Origin: an uncultured Anaerolineaceae bacterium | GTDB lineage: Bacteria > Chloroflexota > Anaerolineae > Anaerolineales > Villigracilaceae | NCBI GenBank assembly: GCA_964625215.1 | Contig: CAZVAX010000001.1 | Location: forward strand, 30,354 to 94,353 | Direction of reading: 5' to 3' | Length of the DNA: 64,000 bases | Shown: piece after piece, positions 17,298 to 27,066 of the stretch | How the letters are laid out: every line of letters begins with the position of its first letter | Position numbering within the stretch: position 1 is the stretch's first letter | Translations under genes and position numbers: made by a program | The notes under the pieces: generated by a model | What the model was told of the DNA's origin: nothing | The model's database searches: none | Seen by the model: only the letters and a program-made list of their open reading frames with translations

Positions 17298-18173
17298 ATG
17301 ATCTCACCCACGCCCACCATCCAATCCCTCTACGAGGCCTTGATCCTCGACATCGCCAAAGCCTTCGCCCTGCCGCAAACGCCGGGCGCGCATCGCCTTG
17401 TCGGTTGGGTCTTCGGCAAAGCGGCGCGGCGTGTGGCCGCGCTCGGTCTCGACCTCGACCGCGAAGTGGAACTCGGCGGACTTCCCCAAGGCGCGCGCTG
17501 GCTGCTCAAAATGTTCGTCAAAGATCACAGCGCGCGCGGCGCCGAGATCATCCCGTCCGAGGGACCGCTCATCATCGTCTCCAACCATCCCGCCAACGTG
17601 GACTCGATGGTCATCAGCGCGCACGTCACGCGCTCCGACTACAAAGCCATCATTGACGACATCCCCTACTTCGAACGCCTGCCGCACTTGCGCGAGCGCA
17701 TCATTCTCGCGCCGGTCAGCGACCGACCCGCGGCGCGCATCCACACCGTACGCGAGTCGATTCGACACTTGAAATCTGGCGGCTCGCTTCTCCTCTTCGC
17801 GCGCGGCGGCATCGAAGCCGATCCCGAGTTCATGCCCCACCCCGACGGCGAATTCGAACAATGGTCGCGCAGCCTCGAGGTTTTTCTCAAACATGTCCCC
17901 GAAACGCGCGTACTCATCGCCATCGTCAGCGGCGTGATCGCCCGCGCCTCGATGAAGAACCCGCTCACATATTTTCGTAAAGCCCGCCCCGACCGCCAGC
18001 GCATCGCCTTCCTCACCCAACTCGCCCGCCAAATTTTGAGCGGCCGCGAAATTTTCGGGCTCACGCCGCGCGTCACCTTTGGCGAAGTCATCGAAGGCGG
18101 TCACCAACACGTTCTCGATCAAGTCCACGAGTCGGCGCGCCGCGTCCTGCGTCAGCACATGGAGTGGAAATAA
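17298..18173 (+). CDS. Lysophospholipid/1-acylglycerol-3-phosphate acyltransferase family protein
   Basis: HxxxxD motif in VSNHPANVDSMVI. LLLFARGGIE block. Confidence 0.75.
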   Translation: MISPTPTIQSLYEALILDIAKAFALPQTPGAHRLVGWVFGKAARRVAALGLDLDREVELGGLPQGARWLLKMFVKDHSARGAEIIPSEGPLIIVSNHPANVDSMVISAHVTRSDYKAIIDDIPYFERLPHLRERIILAPVSDRPAARIHTVRESIRHLKSGGSLLLFARGGIEADPEFMPHPDGEFEQWSRSLEVFLKHVPETRVLIAIVSGVIARASMKNPLTYFRKARPDRQRIAFLTQLARQILSGREIFGLTPRVTFGEVIEGGHQHVLDQVHESARRVLRQHMEWK

Positions 18174-18889
18174 TGTTGCGCGTCTTCCACGATCTCGAAT
18201 CCCTCAGCCGCGCCGCCGCGACCCACTTCATCCAAATCGCCAACGAGTCCATCGCGCAACGCGGCCGCTTCCTCGTCGCGCTCAACGGCGGCGGCACGCC
18301 CAAGCGCCTCTTCCAACTGCTCGCCGCCGCGCCCGACAAAATGGATTGGTCGCGCACGCACGTCTTCTGGGGCGACGAACGTCTCGTCCCGCCCGACGAC
18401 GCGGAAAGTTGCTACGGCCTGGCAAAGGGACTCCTGCTCGACTTCGTTCCAATTCCCGCCGACCACATCCACCGCGTCTTGACTCACCTCGAACCGGCTG
18501 AGGCCGCATCGGACTATGCACGAACCCTCCAGCGCTTCGCCCCCCCGCCCCTCGCCTGGCCGCGCTTCGACCTCGCCCTCCTCGGCATGGGCGACGACGG
18601 TCACACCGCCTCGTTCTTCCCCAACTCCCCCACCGACGTGAGCGAGCCGGTCATCCCGGTGGTGGCGCGTTATCAAGATCGCCCGGCGCGCCGCGTCACG
18701 TTGACGCCGCCCGTGTTCAACAGCGCGCGCGAGATTATGTTCCTCGTCGCGGGCGCAAGTAAGGCCGAGGCGTTGAAGCGTGTCTTGAACGGAGAAAATC
18801 CGCTACAATATCCCGCCGCCCGTATCCAACCGACTGATGGAACAATCCTTTGGTTGGTGGACGACGCGGCGGCAGGCAAACTTGATTGA
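18164..18889 (+). CDS. pgl: 6-phosphogluconolactonase
   Basis: LVALNGGGTPKRLF, VFWGDERLVPPDD, LLGMGDDGHTASFFP. Confidence 0.9.
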   Translation: MEIMLRVFHDLESLSRAAATHFIQIANESIAQRGRFLVALNGGGTPKRLFQLLAAAPDKMDWSRTHVFWGDERLVPPDDAESCYGLAKGLLLDFVPIPADHIHRVLTHLEPAEAASDYARTLQRFAPPPLAWPRFDLALLGMGDDGHTASFFPNSPTDVSEPVIPVVARYQDRPARRVTLTPPVFNSAREIMFLVAGASKAEALKRVLNGENPLQYPAARIQPTDGTILWLVDDAAAGKLD

Positions 18890-18893
18890 AACA

Positions 18894-18956
18894 CGGACTC
18901 CAACGCTATCGCGTCTAGACTTTGGAAACCCAAAAGTCGGGAGACTTTCGAGTCCG
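18894..18956. repeat. Intergenic palindromic repeat, family 1, copy b (between pgl and gnd)
   Basis: CGGACTCCAACGCTATCGCGTCTAGACTTTGGAAACCCAAAAGTCGGGAGACTTTCGAGTCCG. Confidence 0.7.
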
Positions 18957-18980
18957 AAGCAACCAAAGGAGAATTTATTT

Positions 18981-19889
18981 ATGGAACTCGCAATGATCGG
19001 ACTTGGCAAGATGGGCCTGAACATGGCCACGCGTCTCGTGCGCGGCGGCCATCGCGTCATCGGCTACGCGCGCACGCCCGCCACCGTGGCCGAGGCGGAG
19101 ACCTTCGGCGTCGAAGGCGCGCATTCGCTCGATGAAGCGGTCGGCAAACTCAAGCAGCGTCCGCGCGTGGTGTGGGTCATGGTTCCCGCGGGAGCCACCA
19201 CCACCGACGCCATCGAGAAGGTCGCGGCCATGCTCGGCAAAGGCGACATTATCGTGGACGGCGGCAACTCGAATTACAAAGATACGATCAAACACGCCGC
19301 GATGTTGGAAGCCAAAGGCATTGACTTCGTAGACAGCGGCACGAGCGGCGGCATTTGGGGCCTGACCGAAGGATACAGCCTGATGGTGGGCGGCCGGCCC
19401 GAGGTCACAGAGAAGTTGCGTCCCATTTTTGAAACGCTCGCCCCGGGCGCGGACAAAGGCTGGGGGCGCGTCGGTCCGCATGGGGCCGGGCATTACGTCA
19501 AGATGATTCACAACGGAATCGAGTACGGCATGATGCAGGCTTTCGCCGAGGGATTCGGAATCCTGAAAGCGAAGGAGGAGTTCGGACTCGACCTGGCGCA
19601 GATCTCGCACATCTGGCAGCACGGCAGCGTCGTCCGCTCGTGGCTGCTCGACTTGGCGGCGCGCGCCCTCGACGAGGACGCCTCGCTGGCAGAGATCAAA
19701 CCCTGGGTGGCCGACTCGGGCGAGGGACGTTGGACCGTGTTCGAGTCGATTGACCTGGATGTCCCCGCGCCGATCATCACTCTGGCTCTGCAAATGCGCT
19801 TCGCCAGCCGCGACGAAGAAAACTTCCCGGCGCGCATGTTGGCCGCGCTCCGTAACCAATTCGGCGGACATGCGGTAAAGAAATCATAG
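18981..19889 (+). CDS. gnd: 6-phosphogluconate dehydrogenase, decarboxylating (short ~300-aa type)
   Basis: AAGGAG RBS, then MELAMIGLGKMGLNMATRL (Rossmann). GAGHYVKMIHNGIEYGMMQA. Confidence 0.9.
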   Translation: MELAMIGLGKMGLNMATRLVRGGHRVIGYARTPATVAEAETFGVEGAHSLDEAVGKLKQRPRVVWVMVPAGATTTDAIEKVAAMLGKGDIIVDGGNSNYKDTIKHAAMLEAKGIDFVDSGTSGGIWGLTEGYSLMVGGRPEVTEKLRPIFETLAPGADKGWGRVGPHGAGHYVKMIHNGIEYGMMQAFAEGFGILKAKEEFGLDLAQISHIWQHGSVVRSWLLDLAARALDEDASLAEIKPWVADSGEGRWTVFESIDLDVPAPIITLALQMRFASRDEENFPARMLAALRNQFGGHAVKKS

Positions 19890-19892
19890 TCG

Positions 19893-19982
19893 TCACTGCG
19901 AGACGGCGTTCTCACGAAGTGGTCGAAGCAGTCTCCTCGTACGAGGGGGATTGCTTCGGGCGAGTACACCCTCGCAATGACG
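19893..19982. repeat. Nested palindromic repeat, family 2 (GTCATTGCGAG...GAAGCAATC...GATTGCTTC...CTCGCAATGAC), copy a
   Basis: GTCACTGCGAG...CGAAGCAGTCTCC...GGGGATTGCTTCG...CTCGCAATGAC. The 3' arm contains the first candidate ATG of zwf. Confidence 0.75.
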
Positions 19983-21443
19983 GAACCTAAAACCATGACA
20001 ACTCGTATCCCCACCTCCATCGTCATCTTCGGCGCGTCGGGCGACCTGGCCCAGCGTAAACTCGTGCCGTCGTTCTTCAATCTCTTTCTCAAACGCAAAA
20101 CGCCGCGCGAGATTCGAATCGTCGGCTACGGTAACACGCCCTTCTCCGAAGAGCAATTCCGCGCCCACCTGCGCGAAGGCATTAACCAGTTCGCCAACGT
20201 CAAGTTCAGCGAGGAGGAGTGGGGGTTGTTCGCCGCGAACCTGCATTACCACCAGGGCCGCTACAGCGACCTGGCCGACTTCCGCAAACTGAGCGATCAC
20301 CTGACCGAACTGGAGGGCGGGTCGGCCAACCGCCTGTTTTACATGGCTATTCCGCCCAGCATCTTCCCCAACATCATTGACTTGCTCGGACTCACCGGTC
20401 AACTCCACGAGAATGGCGGCTGGCGGCGCGTGGTGGTGGAAAAACCCTTCGGCACCGACCTGACCTCCGCGCAGAATCTCAACCAACAGGCGCACAAGAC
20501 CCTCAACGAAAATCAGATCTATCGCATTGATCACTACCTCGGCAAGGAAACCGTCCAGAACATCCTCTTCACGCGTTTCGCCAACACCATCTTCGAGCCG
20601 GTCTGGAATCGCAACTACATTGACCACGTGCAGATCACGGTGGCGGAAAAGGTGGGCGTGGAGCACCGCGCCGGATACTACGACACTGTGGGCGTCCTGC
20701 GCGACATGTTCCAGAATCACCTCCTGCAATTGCTGACCCTCGTGGCAATGGAACCGCCCGCCTCCTTCACCGCCTCGGCCCTGCGCAACGAAAAGGTGAA
20801 AGTCCTCACCGCCATCGCGCCGATGACGCCAGACGAGGTGGCCGCCAACTCGGTGCGCGCACAGTACGAGGGGTACCGCGCCGAGCCGGAGGTCAAGCCG
20901 GATTCGCTCACGCCCACCTACGCGGCTGTGCGGCTGTTCGTCAACAACTGGCGCTGGCAGGGCGTCCCGTTTTATTTGCGCTCGGGCAAAAACCTGACCG
21001 GCAAAAAATCGCAGATTGTGATTCAATTCAAGGAACCGCCGCTGGCGATGTTCCCCATGCCGCCCGAAAAAAAGATGACGCCCAACCTGCTCGTGCTTTC
21101 GATCCAACCCGACGAGGGCGTGCACATTCGCTTCGAAGCCAAAGCCCCCGACACCATCGCCGAGACGCGCTCCGTGGAAATGGATTTCAACTACGACGAG
21201 TCCTTCGGCCCCACCCCAATCCCCGAAGCCTACGAACGCCTCCTGCTCGACGCCATCCAGGGCGACGCGTCGCTCTTCACCCGCGCGGACGAGGTGGAGA
21301 CCGCCTGGAGTCTCATTGACCCGATCCTGCGCACGTGGGACTCGCTTCAGACTCCGCCCCTCGCGGGGTACGCCGCGGGAACGTGGGGACCGATCGAAGC
21401 GGAGTCGCTGCTGGCGCGCGACAGACGCAAGTGGCTCGACTGA
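19977..21443 (+). CDS. zwf: Glucose-6-phosphate 1-dehydrogenase
   Basis: IFGASGDLAQRKL, RIDHYLGKE, and the rest of the sequence. The start is ambiguous (19977 or 19995). Confidence 0.9.
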   Translation: MTEPKTMTTRIPTSIVIFGASGDLAQRKLVPSFFNLFLKRKTPREIRIVGYGNTPFSEEQFRAHLREGINQFANVKFSEEEWGLFAANLHYHQGRYSDLADFRKLSDHLTELEGGSANRLFYMAIPPSIFPNIIDLLGLTGQLHENGGWRRVVVEKPFGTDLTSAQNLNQQAHKTLNENQIYRIDHYLGKETVQNILFTRFANTIFEPVWNRNYIDHVQITVAEKVGVEHRAGYYDTVGVLRDMFQNHLLQLLTLVAMEPPASFTASALRNEKVKVLTAIAPMTPDEVAANSVRAQYEGYRAEPEVKPDSLTPTYAAVRLFVNNWRWQGVPFYLRSGKNLTGKKSQIVIQFKEPPLAMFPMPPEKKMTPNLLVLSIQPDEGVHIRFEAKAPDTIAETRSVEMDFNYDESFGPTPIPEAYERLLLDAIQGDASLFTRADEVETAWSLIDPILRTWDSLQTPPLAGYAAGTWGPIEAESLLARDRRKWLD

Positions 21444-21553
21444 GGCCGCGTCCGCGCGCGGGAGGCGCCACGCGAGAGGCCGCGCCCGCCTCGTCATCAC
21501 GCGCGGAACGGAATGTCACATCCACCAGTATGGAAATCCATGACATATTTCTG

Positions 21554-21582
21554 TTGACGGCATTATTCCATGCATGTATAAT
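21554..21582 (+). promoter_or_regulatory. Near-consensus sigma-70 promoter for the S1-domain gene
   Basis: TTGACG (21554-21559), 17-nt spacer, TATAAT (21577-21582). 37 nt upstream of the ATG at 21619. Confidence 0.6.
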
Positions 21583-21618
21583 CGGCCTTCGGCTAAATTT
21601 GAAACAGGAGAGTCTCTC

Positions 21619-22410
21619 ATGAGCGAATTAATTGAAGCGGCGCCGACGACGGCGATTGAACCAAAAACAAAACTTTCAGGCAAAGTAGCGAAAATAACAC
21701 TGGCGGGGGCCTTGATTGATCTAGGTCAGGAATTACCCGGGGTGCTCCACATCTCGCAAATCCAAAAAGATCCGGTCAATAAAGTGGAAGATGTTCTCAA
21801 GGTCGGCCAGCAGGTGGATGTGTGGGTGCGCCGCGCGCGCAAGGATCGCATCGAGGTGACGATGATTGAACCGATCGGCATGGAATGGGGCGAAATCAAA
21901 CCCGAGATGGTTGTGAAGGGCAAAGTGGTTCGACTCGAGGCCTACGGCGCGTTCGTGGACTTCGGAGCGGAGCGGCCCGGCATGGTGCATGTCAGCGAAC
22001 TGACGCGCGGTTACGTTAAGACCCCCGGCGAGATCGTCAAGGAAGGCGATGAAGTGGAAGCCGTGGTGTTGGAAGTGAATCGCAAGAAGAAGCAGATTCG
22101 CCTCTCGATGAAGGCGCTCATCCCCGAGATCGTACAAGAGGAAAAGCCAGCGCGCGAGGCTCGAGATGCTCGCGAACCCAGGAAGGGTCACGGCGGCAAG
22201 CGCGGCAAGAAGCACGAGGAAGAAATGGTCGAGGTAGACGAGACCCCGAAGGAACCCGAACTGACCGCCATGCAGATCGCCTGGCAGATGGCGATGGAAC
22301 GCTCCGGCGGCAAGGGCAAGACGGTGAAAATCAAGTCGGTCAAGTCTTCCCGTGAACAGGACGAACTTCTCAGCCGCACGCTGGAGAAACGCGTCCCCAC
22401 CGGTGGGTAA
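21619..22410 (+). CDS. S1 RNA-binding domain protein (two S1 domains plus Lys/Glu-rich tail)
   Basis: AGGAG RBS. GKVAKITLAGALIDLG... and GKVVRLEAYGAFVDFG...GMVHVSEL are S1 signatures. Confidence 0.8.
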   Translation: MSELIEAAPTTAIEPKTKLSGKVAKITLAGALIDLGQELPGVLHISQIQKDPVNKVEDVLKVGQQVDVWVRRARKDRIEVTMIEPIGMEWGEIKPEMVVKGKVVRLEAYGAFVDFGAERPGMVHVSELTRGYVKTPGEIVKEGDEVEAVVLEVNRKKKQIRLSMKALIPEIVQEEKPAREARDAREPRKGHGGKRGKKHEEEMVEVDETPKEPELTAMQIAWQMAMERSGGKGKTVKIKSVKSSREQDELLSRTLEKRVPTGG

Positions 22411-22425
22411 TCTCACGCAAGAATG

Positions 22426-22456
22426 AAACCGCCCTCGAATTCGAGGGCGGTTTTGA
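22426..22456. terminator. Bidirectional rho-independent terminator
   Basis: AAACCGCCCTCGAATTCGAGGGCGGTTTT perfect palindrome with flanking A and T runs, between convergent genes. Confidence 0.75.
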
Positions 22457-22510
22457 TTCGCTTCTGTATCGCGACATTCATGTCGCCTCCCGGGCGAGAT
22501 AAATTTCGCG

Positions 22511-24199
22511 TTACAGCTCGGCCTCCAACAATTGGATGAACTTCTCTTTGTTGGCAGCGCGCGCCACTTTGCCGCTGCTGGTTTTAATGACCCACTTCGG
22601 GCCGACTACGCGGACGTGACGCAACGCGATGGCGGAATTCTTCGTCACGTGCTGGCGGATCTCGTTCGCGACCCGGTCGTGCTCGGCCTCGTCGTGCGAC
22701 TCAACCTCCGCGATGATGACCACCTCCTCCGTCCCCTGTCCCTCGTCGAAGATACCGAAGGCCACCGTCCGCCCGGGATGCACGCCGGGGACTTCGCAGG
22801 CCAGCGCTTCCAAGTCCTGTGGATACACGTTCTTCCCGCCAACGATGATCAAATCCTTCTTACGTCCGGCCACGAAAATCTCGCCATTGACCATGTAGCC
22901 GTAATCGCCGGACATGTACCAACCGCCATGCAGGAAGGCTTTCTTGGTTAAGTCGGGGCGGTTGTAATACTCGTTCAACATGCAGTTGCTTTTCAACACA
23001 ATCTCGCCGACGTGACGTTCTGGCAGGTCGTGGCCTTTATTGTCCACGATGCGGATGGTGGTGTTGGGAATCGGCTTGCCGCAGGACATCATCTGAATGG
23101 AGGGGCGACCATCGAAGGCGGGACGCGCGATCTTTTCAGCGGTGAAAGACTCGCGGTCAATGTCTTCCACGTAGGGAAGTTTGGCGGTGTCGTTTTGGGT
23201 GGCGGCAAAGACGTTCTCAGCCATGCCGTAGGAGGTTTGGAGCGTTTCAAGTCGCAGGCCATAGGACTTGAAACGTTCGTAGAACATCTGGTGGCTTTTG
23301 TACTTGACCGGCTCGGAGGTGTTGATGCTGGCGCGCCAGGAGGAAAGGTCAACGCCTTCGAGATCGCGGTCGCGGATCTTTTGGGCGCAGAAGTTATAGG
23401 CGAAGTTCGGGACCCACGTCAGCGTGCCGCGATACTTGCTGATGGTCTGCAACATCTTATAGGGCGCGCGCACCCAGTCGAAGGGGGACATTTGGACGAC
23501 ATGGTTGCCGCGCAGGATGGGCATGAGGAAGCAGGCGATCAGTCCCATGTCGTGATAGAGCGGGAGCCAGGAGACGATGATGTCGTCGCGCGTGAGGCGG
23601 ATGGACTCGCCGTAGGCGTCGAGGTGGTTGAAGATGGCGCGATGGGAAAGCGCGACTCCCTTCTGGAGTCCTGTGGAGCCGGAGGAGTGTTGTAGCAGGA
23701 CGGTGTCATGTTCGTCGCGCGTCAGCCCGGGGAGGGAGGCGAAGTCCACCGAGGGTTCGCGGGCGATGCGGTCGGTAATGAAAACCTCGCGGACGGAGTG
23801 TCCGCTTTCTTCCACCATCATCTTCACGTCCGCTTCGAACTCGGGATAGGTGACAATACCGGTAGGACGGCTGTGCGTGAAAAGGGTGGTCAGGTCGGCG
23901 CGGTAACGTTCGGGGGAGAGTTTCTCGGTGAGGAAAGGCATCATCGAGGGGATGGCGCCGTGAAGGACCGCGCCCCAAAACGAGTAGACCAAGTCTTTGC
24001 CGTGCTGGAGGATGAGGATGATCACCTCGCCGGGCTGGATTCCCGCGCGGGCGTAGGCCGAGGCGTAGTCGTTGGAGCGCTCGACCAGTTCGTGGTAGGT
24101 GATGGTGAAGTCCGGCTGGTTCGGGTGTTGAAGCGTCACCGAAGGCCGGTCGGGTTCGGTGTCGTAAAAATTTTTTAGCGTATTGACGAACGTGGTCAT
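22511..24199 (-). CDS. Adenylate-forming enzyme, fatty-acyl-AMP ligase (FAAL)-like
   Basis: 562 aa. LLQHSSGSTGLQKGVALSH (A3 P-loop), YGMAENV, SGDYGY, GRKKDLIIVGGKNVYP. ATGA overlap with the carrier-protein gene. Confidence 0.85.
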   Translation of the reverse strand: MTTFVNTLKNFYDTEPDRPSVTLQHPNQPDFTITYHELVERSNDYASAYARAGIQPGEVIILILQHGKDLVYSFWGAVLHGAIPSMMPFLTEKLSPERYRADLTTLFTHSRPTGIVTYPEFEADVKMMVEESGHSVREVFITDRIAREPSVDFASLPGLTRDEHDTVLLQHSSGSTGLQKGVALSHRAIFNHLDAYGESIRLTRDDIIVSWLPLYHDMGLIACFLMPILRGNHVVQMSPFDWVRAPYKMLQTISKYRGTLTWVPNFAYNFCAQKIRDRDLEGVDLSSWRASINTSEPVKYKSHQMFYERFKSYGLRLETLQTSYGMAENVFAATQNDTAKLPYVEDIDRESFTAEKIARPAFDGRPSIQMMSCGKPIPNTTIRIVDNKGHDLPERHVGEIVLKSNCMLNEYYNRPDLTKKAFLHGGWYMSGDYGYMVNGEIFVAGRKKDLIIVGGKNVYPQDLEALACEVPGVHPGRTVAFGIFDEGQGTEEVVIIAEVESHDEAEHDRVANEIRQHVTKNSAIALRHVRVVGPKWVIKTSSGKVARAANKEKFIQLLEAEL

Positions 24200-24447
24200 T
24201 TCTTTTGCCTTGCGAGGATGAGGTTGGCGAGTTGCTCGATGGAATCGAAGGTGGAGGCATTCAGTTCCGAGTCGGCGATGCGAACCCCGAAGTTGTCCTC
24301 GACGAAGAGGGCCAGGTCCACCAGGCTAAATGAGTCGATCAGGCCGCCAGAGATGAGGGCTTCGGTTGGTTGGATGACGCGCTTGGGTTGCTTCAAAACT
24401 TGCTTGGCGATGAACTCGGAAATTTTTTGGTGCATTTCTGCGGACAT
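24196..24447 (-). CDS. Acyl/peptidyl carrier protein (DltC-like)
   Basis: 83 aa. GGLIDSFSLVDL carries the phosphopantetheine Ser context. Confidence 0.85.
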   Translation of the reverse strand: MSAEMHQKISEFIAKQVLKQPKRVIQPTEALISGGLIDSFSLVDLALFVEDNFGVRIADSELNASTFDSIEQLANLILARQKK

Positions 24448-24494
24448 GAGGAATCTCCTTTTACAAGAGCGCCATTATCCCACAACTGAAAAAT

Positions 24495-25631
24495 TTATGG
24501 GCAGGCGGATTCGAGAATGCGCGGCGCGAGCAGTTCGGCGTAGATTTCCTCGCCCGCAGGATCGAGATGAAAAATTTCGTTCGCGAACAAGGAGGGAGGG
24601 ATGGCATCCCAGTAATCCAGGTAGGCGTAGCCGCGCTGGATCATCCAATCGGCGAGGGACTGGCGATAGGCGTCGTAGGCCCAGCGCGGGTAGAGGGAGT
24701 TGTAGCGCAGGTCGCTGTTGCGGCCCGTGACGATGAAGATCGGCTCGTTGACCACGATGACGGGAGTCGGGCCGGCGATTTCGCGGCCGACGCGCAGGGT
24801 TTCGAAGAAGAGGGATTTGAGCAGAGTGGGAGTCTCGAAAGCGGCTTTGTACTCGAAGTACGAACGGTCGCGCTTCACCTCTTGCGGCACGGGCGGATGC
24901 TGCGCGGGCGCGGCGGCGTGATTGTCAATGCCAGTGGCGGCCCAGGGCGGGCCGAACAACTGGACGAGCAGGATGTTTTTCAGTCGCTTGCGCTGGCCGA
25001 TGAGGGTTTTATCCCAGAACGATGGCGCGGTCACGTCATCGTAGGCGGGAGGCAGGTTGAGATTGTATTCTTGCATGAGCGCGGACATCCGCTCGGCGTG
25101 AGGGACAAGGAATTGGCGTTCCTCGTTCTTCTTTTCGAAACTGTGCAGGGTGACGCCCCACAGGATCAAATCGGGTTGGTATTGCATGGCCGTGTCGAGG
25201 ATGAGCAGGTCGCGCAGGGTGGACGGCCAGGGGTAGCCGAGATTGAAGACGCGCACCTTACGCCCGTCGCAGGCGGTCAAGTCCATGCGATTGAGTTGCT
25301 CGGAGAGCGCGTCCTGGGCGCGGACGTGTCCGCCCCAAACAGCGGAGTCGCCCAAGAGGAAGACGCGAAATTCGTCGGGCTGTTTGGGTGAGGCCGAAAT
25401 GACGTGCGCGCCGAACATGGCGTCGAAGTCTTCGATGACCGGAGCGTTGTAACCCTGCAAGTAATACTCCGGCGACTCTTCATATGGAAAGCGCAGTCGT
25501 CCCTCCCAAAGGAGGTTGTAGCCGGTGATTTTTCCAATGGGAGGATTGAACGCGGCAAAGAGCAGGTTGAAGGTGGCGAAGAGGATGGCAGCTTTGATGA
25601 GGACGCGAGTCGCACTGACGGGTTGATTCAT
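24495..25631 (-). CDS. Membrane-anchored SGNH/DltD-like protein
   Basis: The ATG at 25631 lies 1 nt after the MBOAT stop. N-terminal TM: VLIKAAILFATFNLLFAAF. FRVFLLGDSAVWG resembles SGNH block I. Confidence 0.6.
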   Translation of the reverse strand: MNQPVSATRVLIKAAILFATFNLLFAAFNPPIGKITGYNLLWEGRLRFPYEESPEYYLQGYNAPVIEDFDAMFGAHVISASPKQPDEFRVFLLGDSAVWGGHVRAQDALSEQLNRMDLTACDGRKVRVFNLGYPWPSTLRDLLILDTAMQYQPDLILWGVTLHSFEKKNEERQFLVPHAERMSALMQEYNLNLPPAYDDVTAPSFWDKTLIGQRKRLKNILLVQLFGPPWAATGIDNHAAAPAQHPPVPQEVKRDRSYFEYKAAFETPTLLKSLFFETLRVGREIAGPTPVIVVNEPIFIVTGRNSDLRYNSLYPRWAYDAYRQSLADWMIQRGYAYLDYWDAIPPSLFANEIFHLDPAGEEIYAELLAPRILESACP

Positions 25632-25632
25632 G

Positions 25633-27066
25633 TCAGGACATCCCAAACAATTTCATGAACGCGGCGAGGGACAGCGCTGGCGTGGAGAGGGAGAAGAAGA
25701 CCAAGCCGAGGGCGAAATAGTTGAAGGTGAGGAAGACGCCGAGAGCGGCGAGCAGGTTGCGCGAGAGCGGGGTCACAGCGATGGATGGGAAGCGCGTGCG
25801 GGCCAGGTCGCTCCAGCGATTTTGGAGGAAGAGTCCGATGCCGTGCCAGAGACCCCAGAAAAGGAAGTTGAGGGTGATGCCGTGCCAGAGTCCGATGAGG
25901 GACAGGGTGACGAGTTGGGTTATAAGGATAATCAGCCAAATGGGGAGTTTCAGTTTTGAGGCGCGCAAGAAGCGGGTGAGGGGATTGAAAATGTAGGCGC
26001 GGAACCACTGGGTCAAGGTGATGTGCCAGGAGTTCCAGAATTGGGTCAGGTTGGACTTGAGGAAGGGCGCGGCGAAATTTTCGGGGAGGCGGATGCCCAG
26101 GAGTCGAGCGGTTCCGATGGCGATGTCGGTGTAGCCGCTGAAGTCGAAGTAGATGCGGAGGGTGTAGGCGTAGAGGAAGAGCCACAACCAGCCGGAGGAG
26201 TCGGCTTGGCGGACGAGCGCGTCGGAGATGGAGAGCCAGGCCAGACCGTCCGCGAGAACGAACTTTTTGAAGAGGCCGATCGCGAGGCGCGTCCCCGCGT
26301 CGAGCCAGTCGTCGTTCACCAGGCGCGTCGGCGCGCGGAGGTCGGGGAGGAAGCGTTCGAGGCGGTCAATCGGGCCGGAAGCGATGGAGGGAAAGAAGAT
26401 AACGTAGCAGAGGAATTCGTCGAGGGAGGCGGCGGGCAGGATGCCGGACTGGCGGTCGCGGATAACGTGGAGCAGGCGGAAGGCGACGTAGGAGTAGCCG
26501 AGCCAGGCGAGGCTGAGGGTGACGTTGGAGTCAATCTCGAAGGGCTGGCCGCGCAGCGAGGCGGAGAGCGCGAAAAATTGACGCGTGAGCCAGGGCGATT
26601 TGAGAACGATGAAGATGGCGAGCAGGCCGAGGATGCCGAGGATTTGCGCGAGACCCTCGCCGCGTTGGAGGGAGGCGAGGCCGAGGGTGAGGAGGAAAAA
26701 GAGGATGAGCGCGGCGAGAATAAATTGAATCGGCGGGATGACGATGTCCGTCATCCAGTTGATCGGAAGGAGACGAAGCGCGACCGCGAGCAGGATCGCG
26801 GCGGACATCACCGCCAACGCGGGCCAGTTATCTTTGATGCGGCGGGATTCGGGAGGGGCGGTGAAAGTCCAGACGAGGGCGACGATAAAGAGGGTGAGGA
26901 CAGGCAGCCAGAACGGGAGACTCGGAATGAGTTTGTCGGCGGGAGAAAGCCAGAAGAGGACGAGCGCGCTGAATCCCGCGAGGGCGAGGGTGCGGACGCG
27001 CCCGCGCAGGGTCAGACCGATGAGCGCCGCGAGCGCGACGAGGAGAAGGATTTGCGCGACGGTCAC
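25633..27066 (-). CDS. MBOAT family O-acyltransferase (DltB/AlgI-like)
   Basis: 477 aa, polytopic. FWNSWHITLTQWFRAYIFNP and LIGLWHGITLNFLFWGLWHG contain the conserved MBOAT His. Confidence 0.9.
   Translation of the reverse strand: MTVAQILLLVALAALIGLTLRGRVRTLALAGFSALVLFWLSPADKLIPSLPFWLPVLTLFIVALVWTFTAPPESRRIKDNWPALAVMSAAILLAVALRLLPINWMTDIVIPPIQFILAALILFFLLTLGLASLQRGEGLAQILGILGLLAIFIVLKSPWLTRQFFALSASLRGQPFEIDSNVTLSLAWLGYSYVAFRLLHVIRDRQSGILPAASLDEFLCYVIFFPSIASGPIDRLERFLPDLRAPTRLVNDDWLDAGTRLAIGLFKKFVLADGLAWLSISDALVRQADSSGWLWLFLYAYTLRIYFDFSGYTDIAIGTARLLGIRLPENFAAPFLKSNLTQFWNSWHITLTQWFRAYIFNPLTRFLRASKLKLPIWLIILITQLVTLSLIGLWHGITLNFLFWGLWHGIGLFLQNRWSDLARTRFPSIAVTPLSRNLLAALGVFLTFNYFALGLVFFSLSTPALSLAAFMKLFGMS

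Noticed and set aside
19893-21500. 535-aa minus-strand ORF, along with similar long ORFs at 44683-46140, 26023-27333, 53321-54664, 54992-55837, 1638-2420, 39241-40386 and 17304-18158
   Set aside because: Each lies antisense to a gene with clear family motifs (zwf, rpoD, MBOAT, ctaD/ctaE, LysM-M23, glmS, acyltransferase). Their translations are Arg/Gly/Ala/His-rich with no motifs, which is the typical open antisense frame of GC-rich DNA.
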